Of a stretch of 64,000 nt of DNA, positions 1 through 14,703 are shown piece after piece. The position numbers and the translations under genes are program-made. Origin of the DNA: Eledone cirrhosa (taxonomy: Eukaryota); assembly GCA_964016885.1 (NCBI GenBank), contig CAXHJY010000112.1, forward strand, positions 1 through 64,000, in the 5' to 3' direction. The first letter of the stretch is position 1. Each line of letters opens with the position of its first letter. The notes under the pieces were generated by a model, which worked only from the letters and a program-made list of their open reading frames with translations, made no database searches and was not told the origin of the DNA.

Positions 1-637
1 TCATAGGCCGAAATACGATTCTCGGTAATTTATATTTGTATTAATCTCCAGAGTCTAGCTATTGACCAGTTAATTTTCTTGATTTGTTAGATGATTCTAT
101 TGACTGATGAATAGCTTATGTTAATTTTAACCCTTCTGTTGTGAACTATATTCGATTTGCATTCTTGCAATAATATACACAACTGAATTCATTTGCCGAA
201 TATAGGGGTTGCCTTCTTTGCCAATCCCCACGTGGGCTCAGTAATAGTCATTCCTTGTATTAGGATTGCACAAAAACCTGTTGAAAAAGTGGCTTCCTTG
301 TTCAATCATCTTACCAGAATCCTAACATTTTTTATGTAAGCGGACAGTACCCGATTTAGGAGTCGCAGAACCCAAATGCTGGATTTTACCAACCTTCCAG
401 GGATCCGGTTAAATTTTCAATCACATATTTCTATTTGTTTGACCCGAATTACTTGATCGTTTCTTTTTGGTTGTGCGGATTATTGTTTAACCATCGTCTC
501 AGTGTGTTTGGCCTTTAACATATGTTGTAGCTTGGTTCTTTTGAACCATGAGCACTTGCCACACATCTCGGAGGTTGTTTTTCGTTATTTCATAGGCCGA
601 AATACGATTCTCGATAATTTATATTTGTATATAATAT

Positions 638-680
<43 letters not shown>

Positions 681-773
681 TATATATAATATATATATAA
701 TATATATATATATAATATATAAATATATAATATATAATATATATATATATAATATATATAATATATATCTATA

Positions 774-1110
774 ATCATCATCATCATTTCATTTCACGTC
801 CGCTTTTTCCCTGCTTGCAAGGGTGGGATGGCAACTGATTCTGGCTTTATTTCTACAGCTGGATGCCCTTCCTAACACCAACCTCATTTACAGTGAGTGT
901 TGGGTGCTTTTTTGATGTGGCACCTGCACGATCACTTTGCAGTGAAATGATATGGACTCCAATCCCTATCATCTCATTTCTACAGCTGAGTAAACTGGAG
1001 CAATGTGAAATAAAGTGTCTTGCTCAAGGAAACAACACATCACCCGGTCTGAGAATTGAACTCACAACCTTTTGATTGCCAATGCTCTAACCACTAAGCC
1101 ATGTGCCTCC
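774..1110 (-). mobile_element. tRNA-derived CORE-type SINE with RTE-like (GAT)n tail
   Basis: Minus strand head GGAGGCACATGGCTTAGTGGTTAGAGC (A box), GAGTTCAATTC (B box), CORE-like CCTTGAGCAAGACACTT..CAGCTGTAGAAATGAG, tail GGAAGGGCATCCAGC..GATGATGAT; same family as 62362-62854. Confidence 0.85.
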
Positions 1111-1692
1111 ATAATATATATATATATAATATATATATATAATATATATATAACATATATATATATAATATATATATAATATAATATATATATAATATAA
1201 TATATATATAATATAATATATATATAATATAATATATATATAATATAATATATATATAATATAATATATATATAATATAATATATATATAATATAATATA
1301 TATATAATATATATATAATATAATATATATATAATATATATATAATATAATATAAATATAATATAAATATAATATAATATATATAATATATAATATATAT
1401 ATATATAATATATATATAATATATATATATAATATATATATAATATATATATATATATAATATATATATAATATATATATATATAATATATATATATATA
1501 TAATATATAAAATATATATATATATAATATATATATAATATATAATATATATATAATATATATATATATATAATATATAATATATATATAATATATAATA
1601 TATATATAATATATATATAATATATAATATATATAAAATACATATATAATATATATATGATATATATATAATATATATATAAATATATATAT

Positions 1693-1885
1693 AATAATTG
1701 TTTCTACTTTAGGCACAAGGCCAGCAATTACCCAGTGCATCACTGGTACTTTATTTTATCGACCCCGTAAGGATGAAAGGCAAAGTCAACCTCGGCGGGA
1801 TTTGAACTCAGATCGTAAAGGGACGTAACTATGCTGGAAAGCATGGCGTCCGACCCTCTACCAATACTGCCAATCCACCGCCCTT
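1693..1885 (-). mobile_element. tRNA-derived SINE with Nin/Deu-like central domain
   Basis: Minus strand GAGTTCAAATCCCGCCGAGGTTGACTTTGCCTTTCATCCTTACGGGGTCGATAAAATAAAGTACCAG, (ATT)n tail; several more copies in the window. Confidence 0.8.
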
Positions 1886-2095
1886 ATATATAATAATATA
1901 TATATAATATATATATATAATATATATATATATAATATATATATAATATATAATATATATATAATATATAATATATATATATATATAATATATATATAAT
2001 ATATAATATATATATAATATATAATATATATATATATATAATATATATATAATATATATATATAATATAATATATATATATAATATATATATAAT

Positions 2096-2152
<57 letters not shown>

Positions 2153-3281
2153 ATATATATAATATATATATAATATATATAATATATAATATATATATAT
2201 ATATATATAATATATATATAATATATATAATATATATATAATACATATATATATATAATATATATATATAATATATATATAATATATATATATAATATAT
2301 ATATATAATATATATATAATATATATATAATATATATATATATATAATATATATATAATATATATATATAATATATATATAATATATATATATAATATAT
2401 ATATATAATATATATATAATATATATATAATATATATATAATATATATATATAATATATATATAATATATATATATATATAATATATATATATATATTAT
2501 ATAATATATATAATATATATATATATATTATATATTATATAATATATATAATATATATAATATATATTTATATATATATATATTTATATATATTTATATA
2601 TATTATATATATATATAATATATATAATATATATATATATATATAACATATTTATATAATATATATTTATATAATATATATAATATATATAATATATATA
2701 TATAATATATATATATATAATATATATATATATATAATATATATTTATATAATATATATAATATATATAATATATATATATAATATATATATATATATAA
2801 TATATATATATATAATATATATAATATATATATATATATAATATATATAATATATATATATATATAATATATATAATATATATATATATATAATATATAT
2901 AATATATATATATAATATATATATATAATATATATATAATATATATAATATATATATATATAATATATAATATATAATATATATATATATAATATAATAT
3001 ATATATATATAATACATATATATATATAATATATAATACATATATATATAATACATATATATATAATATATAATACATATATATATAATATATATAATAT
3101 ATATATATATATAATATATATAATATATATATATATATAATATATATATATATAATATATATATATATAATACATATAATATATATATAATACATATAAT
3201 ATATATATATATATAATATATATATATATATAATATATATATATATATATAATATATATATATAATATATATAATATATAT

Positions 3282-3371
<90 letters not shown>

Positions 3372-3406
3372 ATATATATAATATATATAAATAATATATA
3401 TAATAT

Positions 3407-3450
<44 letters not shown>

Positions 3451-3724
3451 CTAAAAAAAAAACAAATACAAAAACCAAAAAGATGGGTGTTCTATGAAGA
3501 TAGTAAAATGAATTTAATTAAATGTCACCAGTCTAAAAAAACAAAACTGAAGCAGATAATAAAATCCAATCAATATGAGAAGGCCAAATCTGAGAAGGGA
3601 TAAATGTAAAAAAATTAATCAATGAATCAATTTTTTTTTAAGCAGATAAAAAAATTAACAAAAACGATAGCTAGACTGGTTATATATCTGTGTGTGTATA
3701 TATGTACACAAATACAGCCAGTGA

Positions 3725-4394
3725 CACACATACATATGCACATATATTTATACATATATATATGTATACATACATATATGCATATATTTATACATATATA
3801 TATATAAATATATACATACATGCATATATTTATACATATATATATATAAATATATACATACACATATATATATATACATACACATATATATATAAATATA
3901 TACATACACATATATATATATACATACACATATATATATAAATATATACATACACATATATATATAAATATATACATACACATATATATATAAATATATA
4001 CATACACATATATATATAAATATATACATACACATATATATATAAATATATACATACACATATATATATAAATATATACATACATATATATATATAAATA
4101 TATACATACACATATATATATAAATATATACATACACATATATATATAAATATATACATACACATATATATATAAATATATACATACACATATATATATA
4201 AATATATACATACACATATATATATAAATATATACATACACATATATATATAAATATATACATACATATATATATATAAATATATACATACACATATATA
4301 TATAAATATATACATACATATATATATATAAATATATACATACACATACACATATATATATATACATACATATATATATATAAATATATACATA

Positions 4395-4425
<31 letters not shown>

Positions 4426-4777
4426 ACATACACATATATATACATACATACATACACATATATATATATATACATACATACACATATATATACATACATA
4501 CACATATATATATATACATACATATATATATATAAATATATACATACACATATATATATATACATACACATATATATATATATACATGCATATATATATA
4601 TAAATATATACATCAACATATATATATATACATACATATATATATATATAAATATATACATCCACATATATATATATACATACATATATATATATATAAT
4701 CATATACATCCACATATATATATATACATACATATATATATATAAATATATACATACATACATATATATATACATAC

Positions 4778-4812
<35 letters not shown>

Positions 4813-5238
4813 CATACACATATATATATATATATACATACACATACACATATATATATATATATACATACACATACACATATATATATATATATACATA
4901 CACATACACATATATATATATATATACATACACATACACATATATATATATATATACATACACATATATATATATATATACATACACATACACATATATA
5001 TATATATATATACATACACATATATATATATATACATACACATATGTATACATATATGTATACACATATATATACATACACATATATATATATACATACA
5101 CATATGTATACATATATGTATATATGTATACATATATATATACATACACATATATATATATACATACACATATATATATACATACACATGTATATATGTA
5201 TACATATATATATATACATATATATATATACATACACA
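3725..5238. repeat. Compound (TA)/(TACA)/(CA) micro/minisatellite, including a ~26-bp higher-order unit
   Basis: Unit tatatacatacacatatatatataaa repeated across about 3890-4400. Confidence 0.95.
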
Positions 5239-6024
5239 TACGAATAGCAATGTTACATGGCAGTGAGCCATGGGCATTGTGTGTAGAGGATCTACGCAGA
5301 CTGGAGAGGAACGAAGCTTGCATGCTCCGTTGGATGTGTAATAGTAATATACGCGAACGGCAAAGCATAAATGGATTAAGTGAGAAATTAGGAATAAGAG
5401 GGATCAGATGCTGTTTACTCGAGAGAAGACTACGTTGGTATGGTCACGTGATGAGCATGAAAGACTACAGCTGTATAAAAAAGTGCAGGGCGATCAAAAT
5501 AGACGGTAGCTACGGTGTAGGCAGACCCAGAAAAACCAGGGACGACTTTATAAAATTCGACCTCACACACTTACACCTCTCCAAGACAATGTCACTGGAC
5601 CGAGATCTTTGGCGCTATGCAGTATTACAGATGACCCGCCTTGCCTAAGTACAAAGCGAAACCTACAGTCAGTAGGCACCTCTTAACCAAAATACACCCC
5701 CGTCCCACTATCCCTACCGCCATCTACACCACCCTTTTCGATGTAAAGCTATGTTGGTACCACAACATCCAGTCCTAACCAAATGAGATCGTGTAGGTGT
5801 CACGACAAAAAAACACATTCCACGCTGTAATGTGGCCGTGTAGGTAACACGGTAAAAACCTCCCAGTCCACACTGTAAACGTAGTTGGTGTTAGGAAGGG
5901 CATCCAGCCGTAGAAAACCCTGCCAGACAGTCCTGAGCAAGACAACCAATCTTGCCTCAAGTGGGACAATTCCCGTCCAGACCCATGCTAGCGTGGAAGA
6001 TGGACGTTAAACGATGATGATGAT
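5238..6024 (+). mobile_element. RTE-clade LINE, 5'-truncated 3' fragment
   Basis: ORF end [30 protein letters not shown] (typical RTE C-terminus), 3' UTR ending (GAT)n. Confidence 0.9.
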
Positions 6025-6027
6025 AGT

Positions 6028-7890
6028 GGAAATATATTAGGGATTTTTCAAACTTATGTGTGAATATGTAAATAATTGAAAAACAACCGTTTATTTAAAC
6101 GATTATAGAGAGAGAGAGAAGAGATAAGAAGAGGATAAAATAGTGCTAGAGAGAGAAGAAAGAAACAACAAAAGATGAATAAAACTCATATAAGGTTAAT
6201 TTGTGGGGAATATATTCTAAGTATATATCTCAATAGTAAGGGTATTTACGATTATTAGTTGTTTAAAAATTTGCTTATAATATAATATTTTTCTTCTGTT
6301 ATAAGTAGATAAATAAATAAATAAATACATAAATAAATAAATACATAAATAAATAAATAAACAAATAAATAAATAAATAGATGGGTATATCATGTTATAG
6401 ATAATTGTTCTAATGAGTTATGAGGGATATTGGGTTTGTATTTAATGTAAATAAATATTAAATTGAATTAAATTAAAATGGGAATATACGGAAAAAACTC
6501 CGGTTTAATTTATTTATTGGTTAGTGTGAGACTATTTAGTTAAAATAAATATAGATGTTGAAAGATACATTTAGCCAGAATCAGTTAGTGGTTATAAATC
6601 TATTGAAAATATTGATACAGTATTGAAAAAAATATTAAAAATTTTGAGAAATTAAAAAAAAAATAATTTATAATAGATAAGTAATTTTAAAGAAATAAAA
6701 ATTAAAGAAATAAAAATAAAGAAATAAAAATTATTAAGATTAAAATTAAAATTAAAATTAAAATTAAAATTAAAATTAAAATTAAAATAAAAAAAAAATT
6801 AGAATTATATACGTATATATTTTATGAAATTTTAAGAAGTGGAATTATAGCAAATGTTATAGATATTATGATTTAGTGATATCAATATATTAAATCCAAG
6901 TGGATGAGATTGTTATGGAAATAAGTAGAAATATTATAAGTATAATTTATAATTTATATATAGTTCTGAATGTTGAATTCAGGCGATGTCTACAAGAATT
7001 AAATAAATTAGTTCTTAGATTAATAGAGTTTTTACATTTAAGTATGAAAAAAATTTCCTCAATACACAATTTGCAGAATCTAGATAAAGCTCTGTTCTAA
7101 TACGCGGGTGCAGTAGAAACTATTTCCCAAGCTAATGAATACTCCATATTCGTGCATTTTAAGTTCCATATCGGGTTTGAAAGAGAAGTTGAAGATTTTT
7201 TATCAAAGCTTCTGAAAGAGTATTTGTGATTATTCCAGCGATTTTTAAATTCTGTAGAAGTTGCACCGACATAGTTAAATATATTATCACTAGTTTTAAC
7301 TGTACATTTATATACAACGTTTTTATCTAAACATTATTTATTTATTTATTTATTTATCTACTTATAACAGAAGAAAAGTATTAAATTATAAACAATTTTT
7401 TAAACAATTAATAATCGTAAATACACTTACTATTAAGATATATACTTAGAATATATTCCCCTCAAATTAAACTTATAAGAGTTTTATTCATTTTTTCTTG
7501 TTTCTTTCTTCTCTCTCTCTAGTACTATTTATCCCCTTCCTATCTCTTCTCTCTCTCCATAGCCGTTTAAATAAACGGTTGTTTTTTAATTATATACATA
7601 TTCATTTGCATATTCACGCATAAGTTTGAAAAATTCATAATATATTTCCAATTTCCAGTGAATTTCCAACTGATAAGGTATGATTTTAATGGGTATGTCT
7701 ATTTATAAAACAAACTTTGTATTTTATCTGATGAAAGCATATCAATATGTCTTGGTACCCTTAAAATATATATAATAAAATAAATATGGTTTTATTTAAT
7801 ATCATTGAATATTTACTCCAGTAAAATGTCAAGTCCTCTAAATCAGTTATAAACATTTATATTTGTTGGACTTCCAACAAATTAAATACC
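6028..7890 (-). mobile_element. Degenerate Penelope-like element (GIY-YIG fragment, possibly Hydra-type) with inverted 3' UTR arm
   Basis: Minus strand ~7335-6975 translates CLDKNVVYKCTV..NYVGATSTEFKNRWNNHKYSF..IWNLK..W..FCKLCIEE..NSCRHR (one stop). 6028-6325 is an inverted repeat of 7345-7650. Decayed hammerhead at 7722-7780. Confidence 0.75.
7722..7780 (+). ncRNA. Degenerate type I hammerhead ribozyme motif
   Basis: TTTTAT-CTGATGA-stem II-AAAA (G12 lost)-TATATATA-ATAAAA; stem I TTTTAT/ATAAAA. Confidence 0.55.
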
Positions 7891-7902
7891 CCTTCCACTT
7901 AC

Positions 7903-7933
<31 letters not shown>

Positions 7934-8370
7934 AACACATATATATATATACACATATTTATATACATATAAACATATATTTACATACATATAAACATAT
8001 ATTTACATACATATACACATATATTTACATATATATATATATATGTATACATATATATATATAAACATATATTTATATATATATATATGTATACATACAT
8101 ACATATGAATATATTTATATATATATATGTATACATACATACATATAAACATATTTATATATATATATATATATATGTAAACATACATACATATAAACAT
8201 ATATTTATATATATATATATATATGTATACATACATATATATATATGTATACATACATATATATATATGTATACATACATATATATGTATACATACATAC
8301 ATATATATGTATACATACATACATATATATGTATACATACATACATATATATGTATACATACATACATAT

Positions 8371-8978
8371 GGTGGCTGCCAACTCGTTTTCGAGTACGGC
8401 CACTACTTTATATCCATGTAGGAGAACCCCTACCGATGCGCTGAACGAGTGACTTTTTAGTCCAGCCAGCGACTTGAAAACTCTGGTACAAACACTACAC
8501 TTGTGACAATTATTGACACATAGTGCTTTGCCTTTGGTACCATGTGACGACAAGTGCAGAGAGATCTCCAGATACAAAGCAATGCCTGTGCCGTGAAGCT
8601 TTTATAGTGAGCAAAGGCACTGCACAAAGCCAGTCCCACTCTCTTAACCAAGATGATATTTACCAAAAAGAAGAACAAGTCAACATCATTGGATACCATC
8701 AGGGTTGCAGGTGTTATATCAGAGTTTTCCTTCTCCTAGAATTCTGCCTTGACAAAGGCTAAGGGGTCATCTCTCCCACTGATTTTGGATGGCCATTGAC
8801 TCTTAAGAGCTCCTTTGCCCTTTGACAGGTTTTGTTTTTAGTCCTGCAGGATGTCCAAAGTCACCCTCCTCACCAAGAAACCTTGGTGGGGTTGCCAGTT
8901 TAGTCGCCAACGACCCGACCATGAGACAGGTTGTACTGGGATACATGTTACCAGTAGCACCATGTGGTGACCTGACAT
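8371..8978 (-). mobile_element. Non-autonomous bipartite RTE-derived element, copy 1 (~610 bp)
   Basis: RTE-type 5' UTR motif CTAGGAGAAGGAAAACTCTGA joined to a C-terminal remnant (WRSL.., [17 protein letters not shown] zinc finger), (ATGT)n tail; three near-identical copies. Confidence 0.75.
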
Positions 8979-9491
8979 AAACATACATACATATATATGT
9001 ATACATACATACATATATATGTATACATACATACATATATATGTATACATACATACATATATATGTATACATACATACATATATATGTATACATACATAC
9101 ATATATATGTATACATACATACATATATATGTATACATACGTACATATGTATGTATACATACATATATATGTATACATACATACATATATATGTATACAT
9201 ACATACATATATATGTATACATACATATATATGTATACATACATATATATGTATACATACATATATATGTATACATACATACATATATATGTATACATAC
9301 ATACATATATATATATGTATACATACGTACATACATATATATGTATACATACGTACATACATATATATGTATACATACATACATACATATATATGTATAC
9401 ATACATACATACATATATATGTATACATACATGCATACATATATATGTATACATACATACATATATATGTATACATACATACATATATATG

Positions 9492-10365
9492 TAACTTTGA
9501 ATAACTTTGAATAACTTTGAAATGTTTTGGCCAGTATTGGCCCAGGCCATGTCTAACTTAATAGCACCACCTGGCGAAGTCTTTCAATTCAGGATTTGGG
9601 CACCATGGCCCATTCGAGAAGAGAATTACTGTTTGCGGAGACATATCCGGGTGTGGGTGGTTTGTCCGGGATTACTTGGAGGAATTTGTCCAAAGACTTC
9701 TTGAATTTTGTGTGGTCAGTTTCTGTTTTGACGTGTCCTGGTGTGATGTTGAAGAGAGCAGGGCCGATTGAGGTGAAATAATTGTGCCGTATTGTTGTTA
9801 TGAGTTGCGATTTAGATTTTTGAATGGGACGGATAGCGCGGGGCCCAAGCCTTGGGTGTATCTTGAAGGCGATGCCAACATCATTTGGGCAGTGATGATG
9901 GAACATTTTCCACATCATGCAGATAATATAACGCTCACGGCGACGTTGGAGTGAGTAAAGTTTCAGGTTTTCCAATCGACCCCAGTAGTCAAGGTCTGAC
10001 ATGCCATCTATCTTTTTCGTGATTGCCCTTTGAGGAGCTTCAAGTTTCATGATACTTTGTTTCGTGTGGGGAGACCACAGTGGACAACAGTATTCAAGGT
10101 GTGGTCGGGCGAAAGTAGAGAAGAGAAGGATAATGGTGCGGGAATCTCTCGACTGGAAGGTTCTGAGGATCCAGGAACACATTCTGCGGGCCATGTCAAC
10201 TTTGCTGCTTATATGCGTGGTCCAGCTTATGTTGCTGTCCACGGTTACTCCCAAGTCTCTGATGTTGTTAGATGCCACGAGAGTTTCCCCGGAGGGAAGG
10301 GAGTACGGGAGTTTCAGAGCATCCTCTTTTCCAAAGTGGATCAGTTCGAATTTGTCTTCGTTCAG
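9492..10365 (-). mobile_element. CR1-clade LINE, 5'-truncated 3' fragment
   Basis: [41 protein letters not shown] open to the stop at 9589; 3' tail of 10-bp repeats (TTCAAAGTTA)x3. Confidence 0.9.
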
Positions 10366-10692
10366 TATACATACATACATACATACATATATATGTATAC
10401 ATTCATACATACATATATATATATGTATACATACATACATACATATATATGTATGTATACATACATACATATATATGTATACATTCATACATACATATAT
10501 ATGTATACATACATACATACATATATATGTATACATACATACATACATATATATGTATGTATACATACATACATATATATGTATGTATACATACATACAT
10601 ATATATATATATGTATGTATACATACATATATATGTATGTATACATACATACATATATATGTATGTATACATACATACATATATATGTATGT

Positions 10693-10739
<47 letters not shown>

Positions 10740-11400
10740 CATACATATATATATACATATATATACATACATACATATATACATATATATATATACATAC
10801 ATATATATATACATACATACATATATATATACATACATATACATATACATACATACATATATATATACATACATATACATACATACATACATATATATAT
10901 ACATACATATACATACATACATATATATATACATATATATACATACATACATATACATACATACATATATATATACATATATATACATACATACATATAT
11001 ATATACATACATATATATATACATATATATACATACATACATATATATATACATATATATACATACATACATATATATATACATACATACATATATATAT
11101 ACATACATATATATATACATACATATATATATACATATATATACATACATACATATATACATATATATACATACATACATATATATATACATATATATAC
11201 ATACATACATATATATATACATATATATACATACATACATATATATATATATACATATATACATACATATATATATATATACATATATACATACATACAT
11301 ATATATATACATACATACATACATATATATATATTCATACATACATACATACACATACATACATACATACATACATACATACATACATACATACATACAT

Positions 11401-11455
<55 letters not shown>

Positions 11456-11493
11456 TACATACATACATACATACATACATACATACATACATA

Positions 11494-11646
11494 CATAGTC
11501 TACAAATGGCTGCGATAGCTGGCACCTTCAAAATATGCAAAACATTCTTGCGATTCAAGGGATGACAATTTCTTTTCTTTTACAACCTTGCCACCAGGAA
11601 GGTGGCCGGTCAAAAAAATATACTCGAAATTAAGAGAAAGAGAAAA
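11494..11646 (+). mobile_element. 3' terminal fragment of the R4/Dong-like element
   Basis: Near-identical to 17228-17380 ([13 protein letters not shown] plus 3' UTR). Confidence 0.9.
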
Positions 11647-11748
11647 CATACATACCTACATACATACATACATACATATATATATACATACATATATATA
11701 TGTATACATACATACATATATATATATATATGTATGTATACATATATA

Positions 11749-11825
11749 TAACTTTGAATAACTTTGAAATGTGTTGGCCAGTATTGGCCCAGGCCATGTC
11801 TAACTTAATAGCACCACCTGGCGAA
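11749..11825 (-). mobile_element. 3' tail fragment of the same CR1 element
   Basis: Near-identical to 9502-9578. Confidence 0.85.
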
Positions 11826-11989
11826 ATGTATGTATATATATATGTATGTATATATATATATGTATATATGTATGTATACATACATATATATACATACATA
11901 TATACATATATATACATACATATATACATATATAAATATGTATACATACACATATATATATATCTATACATACATACATATATGTATAC

Positions 11990-12028
<39 letters not shown>

Positions 12029-12068
12029 CATACATATATATATGTATACATATATACATATATATATA

Positions 12069-12742
12069 CTTTCAGGAAGAACACAATCTGCAATGTGTGT
12101 CAGCAGACGGTCCAGAAGCACCCTACATAAAACTTTCCCTACGACAGAAAGCAATGATATACCTCTGTAGTTCCCACAATCGTTCCTGTTACCCTTTCCC
12201 TTGTACAAGACCACCATTACTGCATCTCTCCAGTCCTCAGGTACGGATTCATTAGCCCATATCCTGCCAAACAAAGAGTGAAGATGTTGCAGGAGTCTCT
12301 CACCACCATATTGTAGGAGCTCAGCATGTATGCCATCCATACCTGGAGATCTTCCACTGTTCAGCTTCGAAATAGCCACTGCAACCTCCACAGGCGTCGG
12401 AGGTTCTGCGAGAGCTACCTTCACAGGACTTTCTGGAATGAGATTGAGGAAATCTTCACTGACGACAGACGGCTGATTCAAAAGATCATCAAAGTGCTCT
12501 CGCCACCTTCGAAGAATTCCCTGTGAGTCACGAAGAAGTTCTTTGCCATCCTTGCTGCGAAACGGTGTCACCAGAGAAGAAGACGGTCCATAAACCTCAC
12601 GGTTTTATGTCGGAGTTAACCCAGTTTCCTGAGATGCCTTCTCCTAGAAGAATGCCCTGACAAGGACTAGGGGTTCTTCACTCCCAGTGGTTTAACTGCG
12701 CGATCGGGCATCCAGCCCGATTATTTCTATGTCCCCGCGCGC
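12069..12742 (-). mobile_element. RTE (BovB/RTE-1-like) fragment: 5' UTR fused to the pre-RT/RT N-terminal region, 3'-truncated
   Basis: [61 protein letters not shown]; upstream CTAGGAGAAGG 5' UTR motif; no APE domain. Confidence 0.85.
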
Positions 12743-12875
12743 AAAAAAAAAAAAAAAAAAAAAAAATCACTTATTGACACTTATACGTACGACATACACA
12801 CACACGCATACATATGCGCGCACACAGCAACACTCATACATACAGACAAACACACACACGCTACTCTACTCACTT

Positions 12876-12915
<40 letters not shown>

Positions 12916-13178
12916 TACCGTCATTACTGATACAAGATTACAAGATTATGCCAACTGTTGACTTTCAAGAGTTTGTATATATATATGTATACATACATAC
13001 ATATATACATACATATATATATATATATGTATACATATATATATATATATGTATACGTACATACATATATATATATATATGTATACATACATACATATAT
13101 ATATATATATATTTGTATACATACATACATATATATATATATATATGTATACATACATACATATATATATATATATGT

Positions 13179-13212
<34 letters not shown>

Positions 13213-13276
13213 GTATACATACATACATATATATATATATATATGTATACATACATACATATATATATATATATGT

Positions 13277-13310
<34 letters not shown>

Positions 13311-13981
13311 GTATACATACATACATACATATATATATATATATGTATACATACATACATATATATATATATATATGTATACATACATACATATATATAT
13401 ATATGTATACATACATACATATATATATATATATATGTATACATACATATATATATATGTATACATACATACATATATATGTATACATACATACATATAT
13501 ATACATACATACATATATATACATACATACATATATATATATATGTATACATACATATATATAGTATACATACATATATATAGTATACATACATACATAT
13601 ATATATATATGTATACATACATACATATATATACATACATACATATATATATATATGTATACATACATATATATAGTATACATACATACATATATATATA
13701 TATATAAACATTTATATATATATAAACATTTATATATATGTATACATACATACATACATATATATATATAAACATATATCTATATATATATATGTATACA
13801 TACATACATATATGTATACATACATATATGTATACATACATATATGTATACATACATACATACATGTATACATACATGTATACATACATACATACATGTA
13901 TACATACATACATACATGTATACATACATACATATATACATACATACATACATACATACATACATACATACATACATACAT

Positions 13982-14479
13982 GGTGGCTGCCAACTCGTTT
14001 ACGAGTACGGCCACTACTTTATATCCATGTAGGAGAACCCCTACTGATGCGCTGAACAAGTGTGACCTTTTAGTCCAGCAAGCGACTTGAAAACTCTGGT
14101 ACAAACACTACACTTGTGACAATTATTGACACATAGTGCTGGGCCCATGGTACCATGTGACGACAAGTGCAGAGCGATCTCCAGATATAAAGCAATGCCT
14201 GTGCTGTGAAGCTTTTATAGTGAGCAAAGGCACTGCACAAAGCCAGTCCCACTCTCTTAACCAGGATGATATTTACCAAAAAGAAGAACAAGTCAACATC
14301 ATTGGATACCATCAGGGTTGCAGGTGTTATATCAGAGTTTTCCTTCTCCTAGAATTCTGCCTTGACAAAGGCTAAGGGGTCATCTCTCCCGGTGATTTTG
14401 GATGGCCATTGACTCTTAAGAGCTCCTTTGCCCTTTGACAGGTTTTGTTTTTAGTCCTGCAGGATGTCCAAAGTCACCC
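13982..14479 (-). mobile_element. Bipartite RTE-derived element, copy 2 (5'-truncated)
   Basis: Near-identical to 8371-8868. Confidence 0.8.
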
Positions 14480-14500
14480 ATACATACATACATACATACA

Positions 14501-14536
<36 letters not shown>

Positions 14537-14703
14537 TAAACATATATAAATATTTATATATATGTATACATACATATATGTATACATTCATACATATATG
14601 TATACATTCATACATATATGTATACATACATGCATATATATATACATATATAAACATATATTTATATATACATACATACATACATATATGTATACATACA
14701 TAC

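Larger units (their letters stand above)
628..3450. repeat. Very long (TA)n / (TATATATAA)n microsatellite, interrupted by two SINEs
   Basis: Almost pure A/T alternation with periodic AA interruptions; the overlapping Y/I ORFs are artefacts. Confidence 0.97.

Noticed and set aside
1-631. 40-bp direct repeat (1-40 and 590-630) with GGCCGAAA, and CTGATGA at 104
   Set aside because: Possibly a PLE pseudo-LTR cut by the window edge, but no complete hammerhead or coding motif could be assembled
8890-8978. HDV-like ribozyme at the bipartite element 5' end
   Set aside because: Could not assign a consistent P1/P1.1/P2/P3 nested pseudoknot by eye
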